64,000 bases of DNA from an uncultured Chloroflexia bacterium (lineage in GTDB: Bacteria > Chloroflexota > Limnocylindria > Limnocylindrales > CSP1-4): the NCBI GenBank assembly GCA_963720755.1, contig CAVRGP010000011.1, positions 1 through 64,000 on the forward strand, written 5' to 3'. Shown in pieces: positions 1 through 9,123 of the stretch; the first letter of the stretch is position 1, and every line of letters starts with the position of its first letter. A program made the translations under genes and the position numbers. A model generated the notes under the pieces. That model was not told the origin of the DNA, made no database searches, and saw nothing but the letters and a program-made list of their open reading frames with translations.

Positions 1-387
1 TAAAAACAGCGCGGCTCCCGCCGGGTCGTTCGTCAGCAGCAGCCGACCAAGATAGGCCGGCAGTGGCGAACCGGGGGGGAAGCCTCGAGCGAACGCCTCG
101 GCGAGCGAACCCTGCGCCGCTCCGCCAGCGAGCAACTCGACGAGCTCGTCGGTCGGCATGGCCTCGAAGATCGCGTCGAACGCCTGCGCGGCGAACGCAT
201 CGACCTCGGCACGCAGCCCGTCCTTGCTCCCGAAGTGGTGAAGGACGAGCGCCGGGGAGACGCCGGCCTGGGTGGCGATCTCGCGAACGGTCACCGCATC
301 CGGGCCACGGTCGGCGAACAGCCGCAAGGCGGCATTCCGGATGGTTGCGCGGGCGGTAAGATCGCCGGGGTCGATGTCTGAACTCAT
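1..387 (-). CDS. TetR/AcrR family transcriptional regulator (3' end truncated by window edge)
   Basis: Not in ORF track. Manual translation from ATG 387 gives MSSDIDPGDLTARATIRNAALRLFADRGPDAVTVREIATQAGVSPALVLHHFGSKDGL, a classic TetR HTH. Frame stays open to base 1. Confidence 0.9.
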   Translation of the reverse strand, partial: MSSDIDPGDLTARATIRNAALRLFADRGPDAVTVREIATQAGVSPALVLHHFGSKDGLRAEVDAFAAQAFDAIFEAMPTDELVELLAGGAAQGSLAEAFARGFPPGSPLPAYLGRLLLTNDPAGAALFL

Positions 388-413
388 GTTCAGTATGTTA
401 AACGTGTGTTCAG
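378..413. promoter_or_regulatory. Tandem TetR operator palindromes overlapping start codon
   Basis: CTGAAC-N4-GTTCAG (378-393, perfect) and TTAAAC-N4-GTTCAG (398-413), 20 bp apart. A TAACAT -10-like hexamer lies 7 nt before the ATG on the minus strand. Confidence 0.7.
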
Positions 414-457
414 TCGCCCGTCAAGGCATCAGGACGATGCGGAATATCCCAGGGTGG

Positions 458-1021
458 CTATCTCGCCACGCGGTAGCGGACGTAGACAAGGCTCGAGCTC
501 ACGGTGCGCGCCTCGACAAGTTCGAGATCTTCTCGGCGTTCGGCCCGCGGAAAGTACGGAATTCCACCGCCGACCAGCTCCGGGTAAACCCGGATCCGAT
601 ACTCGTCGATCAGACCCAACGCGGCCGCCTCGGCCGCGAGCGTCGCACCGCCGATCGCGATGTCGCCTTCTCCCGGCTCGGCTCGCAAGCGCTCGATCTC
701 TTCCCTCAGGTCACCTTCGGCCAAGCGGGCGTTGCCCTGCACCGTCGACAGAGTGGTGGAGAACACCACTTTCGGGAGCGGATTCCACAGGCCGATCCAT
801 TCGATCTCCGAGTCGTCGAGCGTAGGATCCTGGGCGGCGGTCTCCCAGTACAGCATCGTCTCGTACAGGCGTCGACCCATCAGGTGGACGCCGACCCCTC
901 GGATCTCGTCGGTGACCAGGCGCCAGACCTCCTCGTCGGGCGGCGATCCCGTGATGTCGCCGCCCGGCCCGACGATGTAGCCGTCAAGCGAGACGCCCAT
1001 CGAATAGGTCACGTTTCGCAT
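458..1021 (-). CDS. Dihydrofolate reductase-like / RibD C-terminal domain protein
   Basis: SLDGYI, LMGRRLYE, IGGATLA, GLIDEY and GGGIPYF motifs. Confidence 0.88.
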   Translation of the reverse strand: MRNVTYSMGVSLDGYIVGPGGDITGSPPDEEVWRLVTDEIRGVGVHLMGRRLYETMLYWETAAQDPTLDDSEIEWIGLWNPLPKVVFSTTLSTVQGNARLAEGDLREEIERLRAEPGEGDIAIGGATLAAEAAALGLIDEYRIRVYPELVGGGIPYFPRAERREDLELVEARTVSSSLVYVRYRVAR

Positions 1022-1135
1022 CGGGAGTCCTCCTCAGATCCTGGCCCTGGTCCGGCATATACTGACCGCCGCCCCAGCCTCGCACGCTGACGGCGGGAGC
1101 CGATGCTACGGGACCGTTGCTCTGAGGACCGAACC

Positions 1136-1534
1136 ATGACCCCTGGAGGATCCAGATTGGGCCGCGCCAGTTTCGCCGCCATGACGATCGCCGCAGTGCT
1201 GGCGATCGCGGCCTGCTCGGGGAGCTCCACCACGGCTCCCTCCGCCCAGCCGTCCGCCGCCCCGTCCCCAACGGCGCCAGCCGCGGGTGGCAGCAACGTC
1301 TCGATCGCCAACTTCGCCTTCGCGCCCGCTTCGTTGACGGTCGCCGTGGGGACGGCCGTCACCTGGACCAACAGCGACACCACTGGCCACACCGTTACCG
1401 CCGACGACGGCTCATTCGCGAGCGACAAGCTCGGGACCGGTGCCACGTTCGTGCAGACGTTCACGAAGGCGGGCACCTACGCATATCACTGCTCGATCCA
1501 CTCCTCGATGACGGGGACCATCACCGTCCATTGA
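1136..1534 (+). CDS. Cupredoxin (plastocyanin/amicyanin-like) lipoprotein
   Basis: Lipobox IAAC, GHTVT, and YHCSIHSSM type-1 copper ligand loop. Start position uncertain. Confidence 0.88.
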   Translation: MTPGGSRLGRASFAAMTIAAVLAIAACSGSSTTAPSAQPSAAPSPTAPAAGGSNVSIANFAFAPASLTVAVGTAVTWTNSDTTGHTVTADDGSFASDKLGTGATFVQTFTKAGTYAYHCSIHSSMTGTITVH

Positions 1535-1550
1535 ACGGCGACTGGCGACC

Positions 1551-1967
1551 GTGCCGCGATCCAGGACGCCTCTCGAGTCCTCGGGATGGAGGGCCTCTCC
1601 ACGTGCCGCGGCACGCAGCCTCCACAATGTGGGCCTGACGGGGTCGCGGGAGTTGGACGTTCCGGGGTCGGACGATGTGGCCGCATGCCGCCGCCTGCTT
1701 GCGGACGCATCGGCCCGCTTTCAAGGGGGCGAGCTCCGGGCGAGTGCCGAGCTCGCGCTTCGGGCGTCCGAGATCGCAGTCCGCCTCGACCTCCCGGATC
1801 TTCTCGCCGAAGCCGCGCTCGTCGTCGATGGTGTGCCGGATCCCGCGACCGCGGCCGCGGTCGAGCGGATGGCCCGCGATGCACTGACCCGGCTCGACGA
1901 ACGTGACTTGGTCCGCACGGCGCGACCTCCCGCCAGACATCGAGACGGCGACCCGGCTGCGTCCTGA
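1551..1967 (+). pseudogene. Possible truncated fragment of a helical (TPR-like) STAND/LuxR regulator
   Basis: Helical Ala/Leu-rich stretch (AELALRASEIAVRLDLPDLLAEAALVV) resembles the sensor region of large LuxR regulators and ends abruptly. Confidence 0.3.
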
Positions 1968-2004
1968 CCTACCGTGAGCCGGTCACCAACTGGAGGTTCC
2001 TGAC

Positions 2005-2913
2005 ATGTCGTTCAACCCGGGCGCGAAGCTCGATCCGTCGCAGGTCGAGGACGTTCGCGGCTCACGGATCGGCGGGCGCGGTCTAGTGGTCGGTGGCGGT
2101 GGCGGGATCGGGATCGTCATCGCCATCGTGTGGGTGCTCCTGGGCGGCAGCCTGCAGACCGGCGAGACGGTCGGCGGCCTCGTCGATCAGACGATCGGCG
2201 GTGGCATCCAGCAGCCGGGCCCCGCCAGTAGTGCCCTGGCGGCCGAATGCCAGACCGGGGCCGACGCGAATGCCATCGAAGACTGCCGGATCGTCGGCTA
2301 CGTCAACAGCATCCAGGTCTACTGGACCGACGAGTTCGCCGCATCGGGGCTTCAATACGTCCTGGCCAGGACGCGATTCTTCACCGACCAGATCGGCACC
2401 GGCTGCGGCCTCGCGTCGTCCGCCAGCGGTCCGTTCTACTGCCCGCCCGACAAGTACGTCTACATCGACCTCGGGTTCTTCGACGAACTCCGCTCGACGT
2501 TCGGCGCCCAGGGCGGCCCGTTCGCCCAGGCGTACATCCTCGCCCACGAATACGGGCACCACGTCCAGGATCTCCTTGGAACGCTGTCGGGCGGGACGAG
2601 CCAGCAGGGAGCGACCGGGCAATCGGTCCGGATCGAGCTCCAGGCCGACTGCTACGCCGGCGTCTGGGCGGGCAACGCGGCTGCCACAGGTTTCCTTGTG
2701 CCACTCACCGACGCCGAGATCGCCGATGCCCTCGATGCCGCGTCGGCCGTTGGCGATGACCGGATCCAGCAGGAGATGCAGGGCCAGGTCAACCCCGAGA
2801 CCTGGACCCACGGCTCGTCCGCCCAGCGCCAGAAGTGGTTCACGGCCGGCTACCAGGCGGCGATCGCCGGAAGGTTGCGACACGTTCAACGGCAACCCTT
2901 GAGGCGGGGCTGA
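2005..2913 (+). CDS. Neutral zinc metallopeptidase (YpfJ family); C-terminus probably frameshifted
   Basis: [20 protein letters not shown] and THGSS.QR motifs. The family-typical CDTF end lies in the +1 frame (stop at 2902). Confidence 0.9.
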   Translation: MSFNPGAKLDPSQVEDVRGSRIGGRGLVVGGGGGIGIVIAIVWVLLGGSLQTGETVGGLVDQTIGGGIQQPGPASSALAAECQTGADANAIEDCRIVGYVNSIQVYWTDEFAASGLQYVLARTRFFTDQIGTGCGLASSASGPFYCPPDKYVYIDLGFFDELRSTFGAQGGPFAQAYILAHEYGHHVQDLLGTLSGGTSQQGATGQSVRIELQADCYAGVWAGNAAATGFLVPLTDAEIADALDAASAVGDDRIQQEMQGQVNPETWTHGSSAQRQKWFTAGYQAAIAGRLRHVQRQPLRRG

Positions 2914-2939
2914 CGCGGCGCCGTGCTCCCCGCGGATGA

Positions 2940-3404
2940 TCAGTATTCGCCCTTGATCACGAAGAACGAACCGCGGATGGTCCCGGCCAGCTTTGACTTC
3001 TGGCGCGCGAATTTGAAGCGCGAGGCAAGCTCGGCGGGGACCTCCATCCCGTCGGACAGCTTGAACCCGACCGCCCGCTTACTGGAATCGGCGACGGTGT
3101 ACATCACGTTGATCGACAGGCCGCTTTCGTAGAAGACGTACGCCATCCGCATGCCCGCGACCTCGAACGCCGTCGCTTCAAGCGGTCGAGCCTCGATCAC
3201 GAGGTCGCGCTCCTCATTGAGGATGCGCTGCACCCACTCGACGGTATCGACCGCCACGCTCGCCGGCTGCACCGTGAAATCGTGGTCGTACTTGTTCTTG
3301 AAGTAGCGAGCCTCGTTCGCCCGCAGACCGGCGAGCGCGTCCGCCACCGGCGACGACTCAAGGCCTGTTGTCGAGACGTTGGCGAAATCCACGAGGTAGG
3401 ACAT
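2940..3404 (-). CDS. Conserved hypothetical protein (GLESSPVA..LAGLRANEARYF type)
   Basis: Clean 154-aa ORF with SD (AAGGAG). I recall this family being auto-annotated as 'phage tail protein', but there is no phage context here. Confidence 0.7.
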   Translation of the reverse strand: MSYLVDFANVSTTGLESSPVADALAGLRANEARYFKNKYDHDFTVQPASVAVDTVEWVQRILNEERDLVIEARPLEATAFEVAGMRMAYVFYESGLSINVMYTVADSSKRAVGFKLSDGMEVPAELASRFKFARQKSKLAGTIRGSFFVIKGEY

Positions 3405-3677
3405 GGTCGCTCCTTGCGCCCCAAGGGGGCGCTCTCCGGGTCGATCGCGTTGACGCCCGACATCTCTGGGGCTCGACGCACGATGGATGCGCCGTGACCA
3501 TTGACTGTAGCGACTCGCCCGATTGACCGATGCGTTTTGGCCCGTCGGCTCGGGCTTGGCTCTGAGCCCGCGAATTCCCTACGGAGCTAGCACGACGGGC
3601 ACCGGCGTTCCCTGCTGGAGGTCGAGCACGACGCGGTCGCCAAGCGGCGCGGCCAACGTGGCCATTGCCGTGCGCCG

Positions 3678-3854
3678 CGCCCCGCGATCCCGGCTGGTCT
3701 GACCGAAGGTGGCGTGATCGCGATCGCGCGGCGGCTGTCTCCCGGGACGGTGCCACGGGTCGTCGCCGCCGTGGCAACGGGCGGCATCCGCGCCTTCGAG
3801 ATCACGCTCGACGAACCACATGTGACCGCGCTCCGTGCGATCAATTCCCAGTGA
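3678..3854 (+). pseudogene. N-terminal relic of KDPG/KHG aldolase (Eda family)
   Basis: Manual translation: RPAIPAGLTEGGVIAIARRLSPGTVPRVVAAVATGGIRAFEITLDEP, then a stop inside the 3' end of the convergent SRPBCC gene. Confidence 0.6.
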
Positions 3855-4260
3855 CGACCGCCGACAGGCGTCCCAGGTAGTGCCGCCAGCCGTCGGTGTG
3901 CTCCGCGCGCGCCACGTCCGAGGGGAGGCCGCGGTGGACCAACCGGATGACGGTGGCCTCTCCCTCAGGGACGAAGGTGACCTCGACGATGCTCGAGCCC
4001 GGCGGAACGTCCTCGCTCCCGACCCAACCCCAGGTGAACACCAGGCGGTGTGGGGGTTCGACGACGAGGTACGTGCCTTCGATCGCGGGTCGGCCCGCGA
4101 TCCGCACGCGGTACGTGCCGCCGGCTCGTGCCTCGAGGTCGGCCTCATCCCCCATCCAGCGGCGGTAGAGGGTCGGGTCGGTGAAATACGGAAACACGGC
4201 ATCCGGCCGGGCCTTGACGCGTGTCTCCACCTCGATCCCGGGCGACGCGTACGGATTCAC
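3841..4260 (-). CDS. SRPBCC/AHA1-like domain protein
   Basis: VEPPHRLVFTWGW, VEVTF, HTDGWRHYLGRL. Overlaps the ArsR stop codon. Confidence 0.88.
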   Translation of the reverse strand: MNPYASPGIEVETRVKARPDAVFPYFTDPTLYRRWMGDEADLEARAGGTYRVRIAGRPAIEGTYLVVEPPHRLVFTWGWVGSEDVPPGSSIVEVTFVPEGEATVIRLVHRGLPSDVARAEHTDGWRHYLGRLSAVVTGN

Positions 4261-4571
4261 GTGGGGTCCGGCCGGTTGTCAGCCTCGACGACCAGGCGAA
4301 GCGATTCCAGATCCGACGCCCACATCGATCGAATGACCTCGGCCAACGGACCAAGGGTCTCCACGTCGGCACGATAGAACCGCCGCGTGCCCTCGCGTCG
4401 TTCGGAGATCGCGCCTGATCGGCGGAGGACGGCAAGGTTCTGCGAGATGGCCGGCCAGCTCACATCGAAGTGCGCGGCGATGTCCCCGGCCGATCGTTCG
4501 CGGTCCCAGATGAGTCCAAGGATCGCGCACCGACGTGGGCTTGCCACGGCCTTGAGGAGGTTCGCATCCAT
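4257..4571 (-). CDS. ArsR/SmtB family transcriptional regulator
   Basis: AVASPRR.AIL, SAGDIA, SWPAISQNLAVL, RREGTRRFY. Confidence 0.9.
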   Translation of the reverse strand: MDANLLKAVASPRRCAILGLIWDRERSAGDIAAHFDVSWPAISQNLAVLRRSGAISERREGTRRFYRADVETLGPLAEVIRSMWASDLESLRLVVEADNRPDPT

Positions 4572-4583
4572 CGTGAGACGGAA

Positions 4584-4649
4584 TTTAAGGCCTTCCTTCG
4601 GTATTGACAACGCCGGCCCGGCTCGCCAAGATATTAAGATACTACTTAA
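4584..4649. promoter_or_regulatory. Divergent promoter with putative ArsR operator
   Basis: AT-rich. TTGACA (4604) with a 17-nt spacer to CAAGAT. Palindrome TTAAG-N6-CTTAA at 4634-4649 and a degenerate copy near 4585. Confidence 0.6.
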
Positions 4650-4686
4650 ATAGCACGCTCCTGAACCACACCGGAGGGATCGAACA

Positions 4687-5121
4687 ATGCGTGGCCCCAT
4701 GCTTCATGCGGTGGATATCGATGCGGACACCGCGGTCGTGTACGAGGCGATCTCGACACAGTCCGGCGAAGCCGGGTTCTGGACGTCCGACCTGGATCTC
4801 GAACCGCTCGTCGGCTCCGTTGCCCGGTTCGGCTTTCCCGGGGCGCCGGTGGACCTGCGGATGCGGATCGATGCGCTGGAGCCTGGGGTCCACGCCGGCT
4901 GGAGTTGCCTCGGCGACTTTCCGTTCTGGGCGGGCACGACCGTTTCCTGGGGGCTGTCGGGATCCACGTCGGGCGGGACGACCGTCCTGTTCCGGCACGA
5001 CGGCTGGGCCGACGACTATCCGGACGTGGACTACGCCAGGGTCAATTACACCTGGGGCCGAATCGTCGGGGCGCTCAAGGAGTTCGCCGAGACGGGCACA
5101 CCACGGCCGTTCCTCGGCTGA
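4687..5121 (+). CDS. SRPBCC/AHA1-like domain protein
   Basis: VYEAIST..G...FW, WAGTTVSW, VLFRHDGW, NYTWG, and a C-terminal ETG.PRPF. Confidence 0.85.
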   Translation: MRGPMLHAVDIDADTAVVYEAISTQSGEAGFWTSDLDLEPLVGSVARFGFPGAPVDLRMRIDALEPGVHAGWSCLGDFPFWAGTTVSWGLSGSTSGGTTVLFRHDGWADDYPDVDYARVNYTWGRIVGALKEFAETGTPRPFLG

Positions 5122-5140
5122 GCCGGCGAGGGCCGATCCC

Positions 5141-5854
5141 TCAGAGGCTGCAGTCCTGCGGGGTCGACGGGATCGAGATGTCGACCCCGATGTCCACGGT
5201 GTTCGGACCACCGTTGAAATCGGCGAGCGTCAGCGACCCGGTCATCTGGTCTCCCGCGACCGTCAGAGGTGGGCCATCGATGGGCTGGGCGTCTTCATCG
5301 GTCCAGGCTGGGGAGAAGACGGGTGGGATGACCCGTTCACTCGCATCGGCGTGCCACAGGCCGCCGGCCGCAGGGCCCTGGAGGTCCACGTTCTGCGTCT
5401 GCAGGACCTTCGTTTCCATGCCGTCGTCCTTGACCGGAACCAGTTGATCGTTGAACTCGACCACGATGAGCAGCTGGAGTTGTCCACTATCGGAGATCAC
5501 CGCCAGGTCCAGACTCCCCTCCTTCTGGTTGGCGTCGACGACGCAGCTCAGGACCTGTTCCACGGCGTGGGTCTCGCCGTTCACGGTGATCGAGCCTCCA
5601 CCACCCGAGCCCACGGCAGGTGGCCGCGACTCAACGCCCGATACCTCGGTCGGTCCCGGAGCCGCGCTTGCGGCCACACCGGTCGGAGCGCTCGAGTTGC
5701 CTGGAACATCGCCGTTGGTCGACGGCGCGTCCGTGCTTCCGCTGCAGCCGGCTCCGACCAGCGCGAACACGACGCCGATCGCGAAGGCCCGTACCGATGA
5801 TCCGGATCTGGCGCCATCGATCTTGATCCGACGATCGAACGTGTGGCGAGTCAT
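5141..5854 (-). CDS. Hypothetical lipoprotein
   Basis: Hydrophobic segment with GAGC lipobox, Ser/Pro/Gly linker, and an acidic beta-rich domain. Confidence 0.65.
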   Translation of the reverse strand: MTRHTFDRRIKIDGARSGSSVRAFAIGVVFALVGAGCSGSTDAPSTNGDVPGNSSAPTGVAASAAPGPTEVSGVESRPPAVGSGGGGSITVNGETHAVEQVLSCVVDANQKEGSLDLAVISDSGQLQLLIVVEFNDQLVPVKDDGMETKVLQTQNVDLQGPAAGGLWHADASERVIPPVFSPAWTDEDAQPIDGPPLTVAGDQMTGSLTLADFNGGPNTVDIGVDISIPSTPQDCSL

Positions 5855-5887
5855 GGTCTCTCGATACCCGCTCCGCCGGCGGATGTC

Positions 5888-5907
5888 ATGAGTATCGGGT
5901 TACTTAG
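5888..5907. promoter_or_regulatory. Putative LuxR/NarL-type binding site
   Basis: TGAGTA-N6-TACTTA inverted repeat between the LuxR stop codon and the lipoprotein start. Confidence 0.5.
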
Positions 5908-8552
5908 TTCGCCCCGGTCCGCGTTGAGGGACCCAGGCCCAGGACCATCGGTAACTCTGTCCGGCTGGAGACCCCAAGCTTGCTGTAGATCGTGCCCAGA
6001 TGGTTGTCGACGGTCCGGGTCGAGATCCCGAGACGGCCCCCGATCTCGCGTGATGCCAACCCCGACGATGCGAGGCGCGCGATCTCCTTCTCACGCGGCG
6101 TCAACGACACCGGCGATAGACCGATCAACGCCGGCGTGGACACTCCAGGGCATCGGGCCGCCAGAAGTGCGGCTCGGGCACCCGCCATATGAGCCGATCG
6201 CTGCCGACCCTGGCGCAGATAGACGTGTTGCGCGTGGGCGGCAGCCTCGGCCGCCAGGAGCGTCGAGCCGATGCGCTCGAATCCGGATGCCACCCGCTCC
6301 AGCAGGACCGGATCGTCGCTCGCGCAACCACGGGCGTGGAGCGCCATCGTGGCGACCAGGTCGCCCTCGATCCGATCGGCGATGTCCTCGAGATCGCTCA
6401 CGACGATGGCGGAGCCGCCGAGTCGTACGGCATCGTGCATCTGCCAGGCCCCCCAGACCAAGTGGGTATCTGCGATCGCCGCCCGCCCTCCGTTGACGGC
6501 ACACCGGACGGCCTCCCGATCGCCGTCCACGAGCCAGGTGACCCAGATGCTCGCTCGGTCGAACCAGATCCGCGAGCGGACGTCGGTGGCGAGCCGCTGG
6601 TCGATCACCTCCTGACGGAGCGATCTGGCGAGGTCGTCTCGTCCGAGCCAGGCTGCGCAGATGGAGGCCAGAGCGGCATCGATCCCGCGTACACCGAACG
6701 GATCGCTCTCACGGGCGGCCGCCAGCCCGTCGAGTCCGGATCCGAGTGCGGCTTCGATGTCGCCGGCCAGCATCTGGATCTCGGCCAGGTTCATCAACCA
6801 CATCCCGACGAGTTCCGTGGATCGTGTCTCGAGCGCATCCTGTAAACCGTTCCGACCCGCCTCGAGCGCCTCGGAGGAACGACCCGAGTACGCCTTCGCC
6901 ATCGCCCCGTTGATCTGCAGCAGGTCCCCGCTGAGGGGCAATTCATCGGCGACGGATGCGGCGTGGTCCAGGCCCACCTGGACCTGCATCTCCGCCTCCT
7001 TGAATCGACCGAGCATGACATTGGCGATGCTCGAGTAGACGAGCGTGTGGACGATCGCCCGCGGCCGGGCGTCGGTGCGATCGACCAACCGCCGCCCGGA
7101 ATCGGCGACCGCGAACAGTTGCCCAGCACCCGCCCGGAACAGAACGAGCATCGCCTGCAGTTCGTCGCGCCAGCTCGTGTCAGTGACGCGGTCCAACGCA
7201 TCGCCGAGGACCTCGGAGGCGGCATCGATCCGCCCGCCACGAAAGTAGAGCAGGTCCGCCCTGGCCAGCGCGACCTGGCTGATCCCGCCATCCGACGCAG
7301 CCAGGTCGGCCGCCCCGCGCAAGACGTCGTCAGCTTCGACGACACGCTGCTGGGCGGCCAGCGATCGTCCGACCAGGAGTGCAGCTTCCACACCTCCATC
7401 GGCGCCCATCGCTGCGCGGGCGAGCCGCTCGGCGAGCGGTGGATCGAACCTAGAGAGCGCCGCGCTGGCGCTCTCTAGGAGGAGCGGACTGTCGACCCGG
7501 CCGCCACCGTCGAGTCGCCACAGAGCCAGGCGAAGGACGTCGTCCCGGCGACGGACACCCGTGTACTCAAGGCCATCGGCAAGCGCGAGCATGACTCTGC
7601 GGGCCCGCGCTCGAGGCATCTCGGCGGTCACGACCTCTCCATACAGGGGATGGCCCAACCGGGCGACGATGCGATTGCCATGCGGCTCGACCACCACGAG
7701 ATGACGCTCCTCGAGGCGCTCGAGCCCAACCGACCCGGCAGCCGCCTCGAGCAACGAAAGCTCGACCAGACCACCGATCGCGAGTGCCTCGACGATCGAT
7801 CGTTGTGGGTCGTCGAGCGGTCCCAGGCGCTCGTGGATCAGCTCCGCGAGACGGCTTGACGGCCCGAGCCTGCCAGTCGGCCGCCAGACGGTACGGTCGC
7901 GGATGAAGGCAGCGGACTCGACACCCGCAAGGACGAGTTCACGAAGGAATAGCGGGTTCCCGTTCGACCGATGCCATAGGTCGGCGATCATGACCGCGTC
8001 GACGGGACCGCCGAGGACCGACTCGACGAAGCGCTTGGCCCCGGCGTGGTCGAGCGGTCCAAGTTCGACTCGGTCTGCGAGCCCGTCTTTCCACAGTTGG
8101 GTGACGCCGGAGGGGACGGGTCGACCGGCGCGGATCGTCAAGACGAACGAGGCGGCGCGCTGCGTGATCGCGAGCGATACGAGCGCAGCAGACTGCACGT
8201 CGAGCAGGTCGGCGTCGTCGATGATCAGGATCATCGGACCGTCGTCTGTGGCCCGAGCCCTGAGTTCATCGATGAGTCCGGCGAGCAAGCCAGGGCGGTC
8301 CGCGCTGCCGGATCTGATCGTGAGCAGTTCCGAGAACGCGGCAAATGGGATGGTCGAGGTCGAAGGTGACGCGGAGACCCAGGCCACCTCGCGCGGCTCG
8401 GTGCGAAGGCGCCGGTCAAGCTCGGCGGCAAGGCGTGTCTTTCCGACGCCGACATCGCCGTAGATTTCGACGCTCGTCGCGACTCCACTGACCATCGCCG
8501 TGGTCAGTCGCCGCATGAGCCGTTCGCGGCCAACGAGGGGCCATTCGAGCAT
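5904..8552 (-). CDS. AAA ATPase-LuxR (LAL-like) transcriptional regulator
   Basis: WPLVGRE, Walker A GDVGVGKT, IIDDADLLD, GNPLFL, and C-terminal LTPREKEIARL...TVDNHL..IYSKLG HTH. Confidence 0.92.
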   Translation of the reverse strand: MLEWPLVGRERLMRRLTTAMVSGVATSVEIYGDVGVGKTRLAAELDRRLRTEPREVAWVSASPSTSTIPFAAFSELLTIRSGSADRPGLLAGLIDELRARATDDGPMILIIDDADLLDVQSAALVSLAITQRAASFVLTIRAGRPVPSGVTQLWKDGLADRVELGPLDHAGAKRFVESVLGGPVDAVMIADLWHRSNGNPLFLRELVLAGVESAAFIRDRTVWRPTGRLGPSSRLAELIHERLGPLDDPQRSIVEALAIGGLVELSLLEAAAGSVGLERLEERHLVVVEPHGNRIVARLGHPLYGEVVTAEMPRARARRVMLALADGLEYTGVRRRDDVLRLALWRLDGGGRVDSPLLLESASAALSRFDPPLAERLARAAMGADGGVEAALLVGRSLAAQQRVVEADDVLRGAADLAASDGGISQVALARADLLYFRGGRIDAASEVLGDALDRVTDTSWRDELQAMLVLFRAGAGQLFAVADSGRRLVDRTDARPRAIVHTLVYSSIANVMLGRFKEAEMQVQVGLDHAASVADELPLSGDLLQINGAMAKAYSGRSSEALEAGRNGLQDALETRSTELVGMWLMNLAEIQMLAGDIEAALGSGLDGLAAARESDPFGVRGIDAALASICAAWLGRDDLARSLRQEVIDQRLATDVRSRIWFDRASIWVTWLVDGDREAVRCAVNGGRAAIADTHLVWGAWQMHDAVRLGGSAIVVSDLEDIADRIEGDLVATMALHARGCASDDPVLLERVASGFERIGSTLLAAEAAAHAQHVYLRQGRQRSAHMAGARAALLAARCPGVSTPALIGLSPVSLTPREKEIARLASSGLASREIGGRLGISTRTVDNHLGTIYSKLGVSSRTELPMVLGLGPSTRTGAN

Positions 8553-8697
8553 CGCTCGACCTCGCCTGGAGGAACTCTTGCGCTTTCAGGACCTTAGCAG
8601 CGGTCGCAACCGGAGCGGCGGCGCATCGGACGAATTGCAGCTCCCCGATCCCGACGGCCGCATTGACGGGTGGGCGGCTTCCGGCCAAAGTCGGGGC

Positions 8698-9084
8698 ATG
8701 GACGCCGATACCTCGACGGTCGCCAGGGCACTGCGAGACCGTGAACCGATCTTCCATCGTCCTGAGCACGGAACGTCTCGAGCCGCCTTCGAGGCGATGA
8801 CCGTGGTCGACTATTGGGAGGTCGGCGCGTCCGGCACGATCTACGACCGCCAGACGTGCCTGGACGTGCTGGATCGCAGGTATGCCGATCCTGACTACGA
8901 CCCGATGGCCGGGTTGGCGGTCAGTGACTTCGCGGTCCGGGAACTGGCCGGCGGGGTGTGGTTGGCGACCTATCAGCTACGGCAGGGCGAGCGGGACACG
9001 CGACGAGCTTCCGTGTGGCGGCAGACCGGAGACGACTGGGTGCTCGTCTATCACCAGGGCACGGTCATCGCCCCGGCGACCTGA
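8698..9084 (+). CDS. DUF4440/NTF2-like (SnoaL-like) protein
   Basis: REPIFHRPE, YWEVGASG, RRASVWR, W.LVYHQGT. Confidence 0.8.
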   Translation: MDADTSTVARALRDREPIFHRPEHGTSRAAFEAMTVVDYWEVGASGTIYDRQTCLDVLDRRYADPDYDPMAGLAVSDFAVRELAGGVWLATYQLRQGERDTRRASVWRQTGDDWVLVYHQGTVIAPAT

Positions 9085-9123
9085 ACGCTGCGCACGACCC
9101 GGAATTGGGTTGCGCGAGGACGC

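Noticed and set aside
2940-3404. Prophage, suggested by a remembered 'phage tail' label
   Set aside because: No integrase, terminase, capsid or other phage genes nearby.
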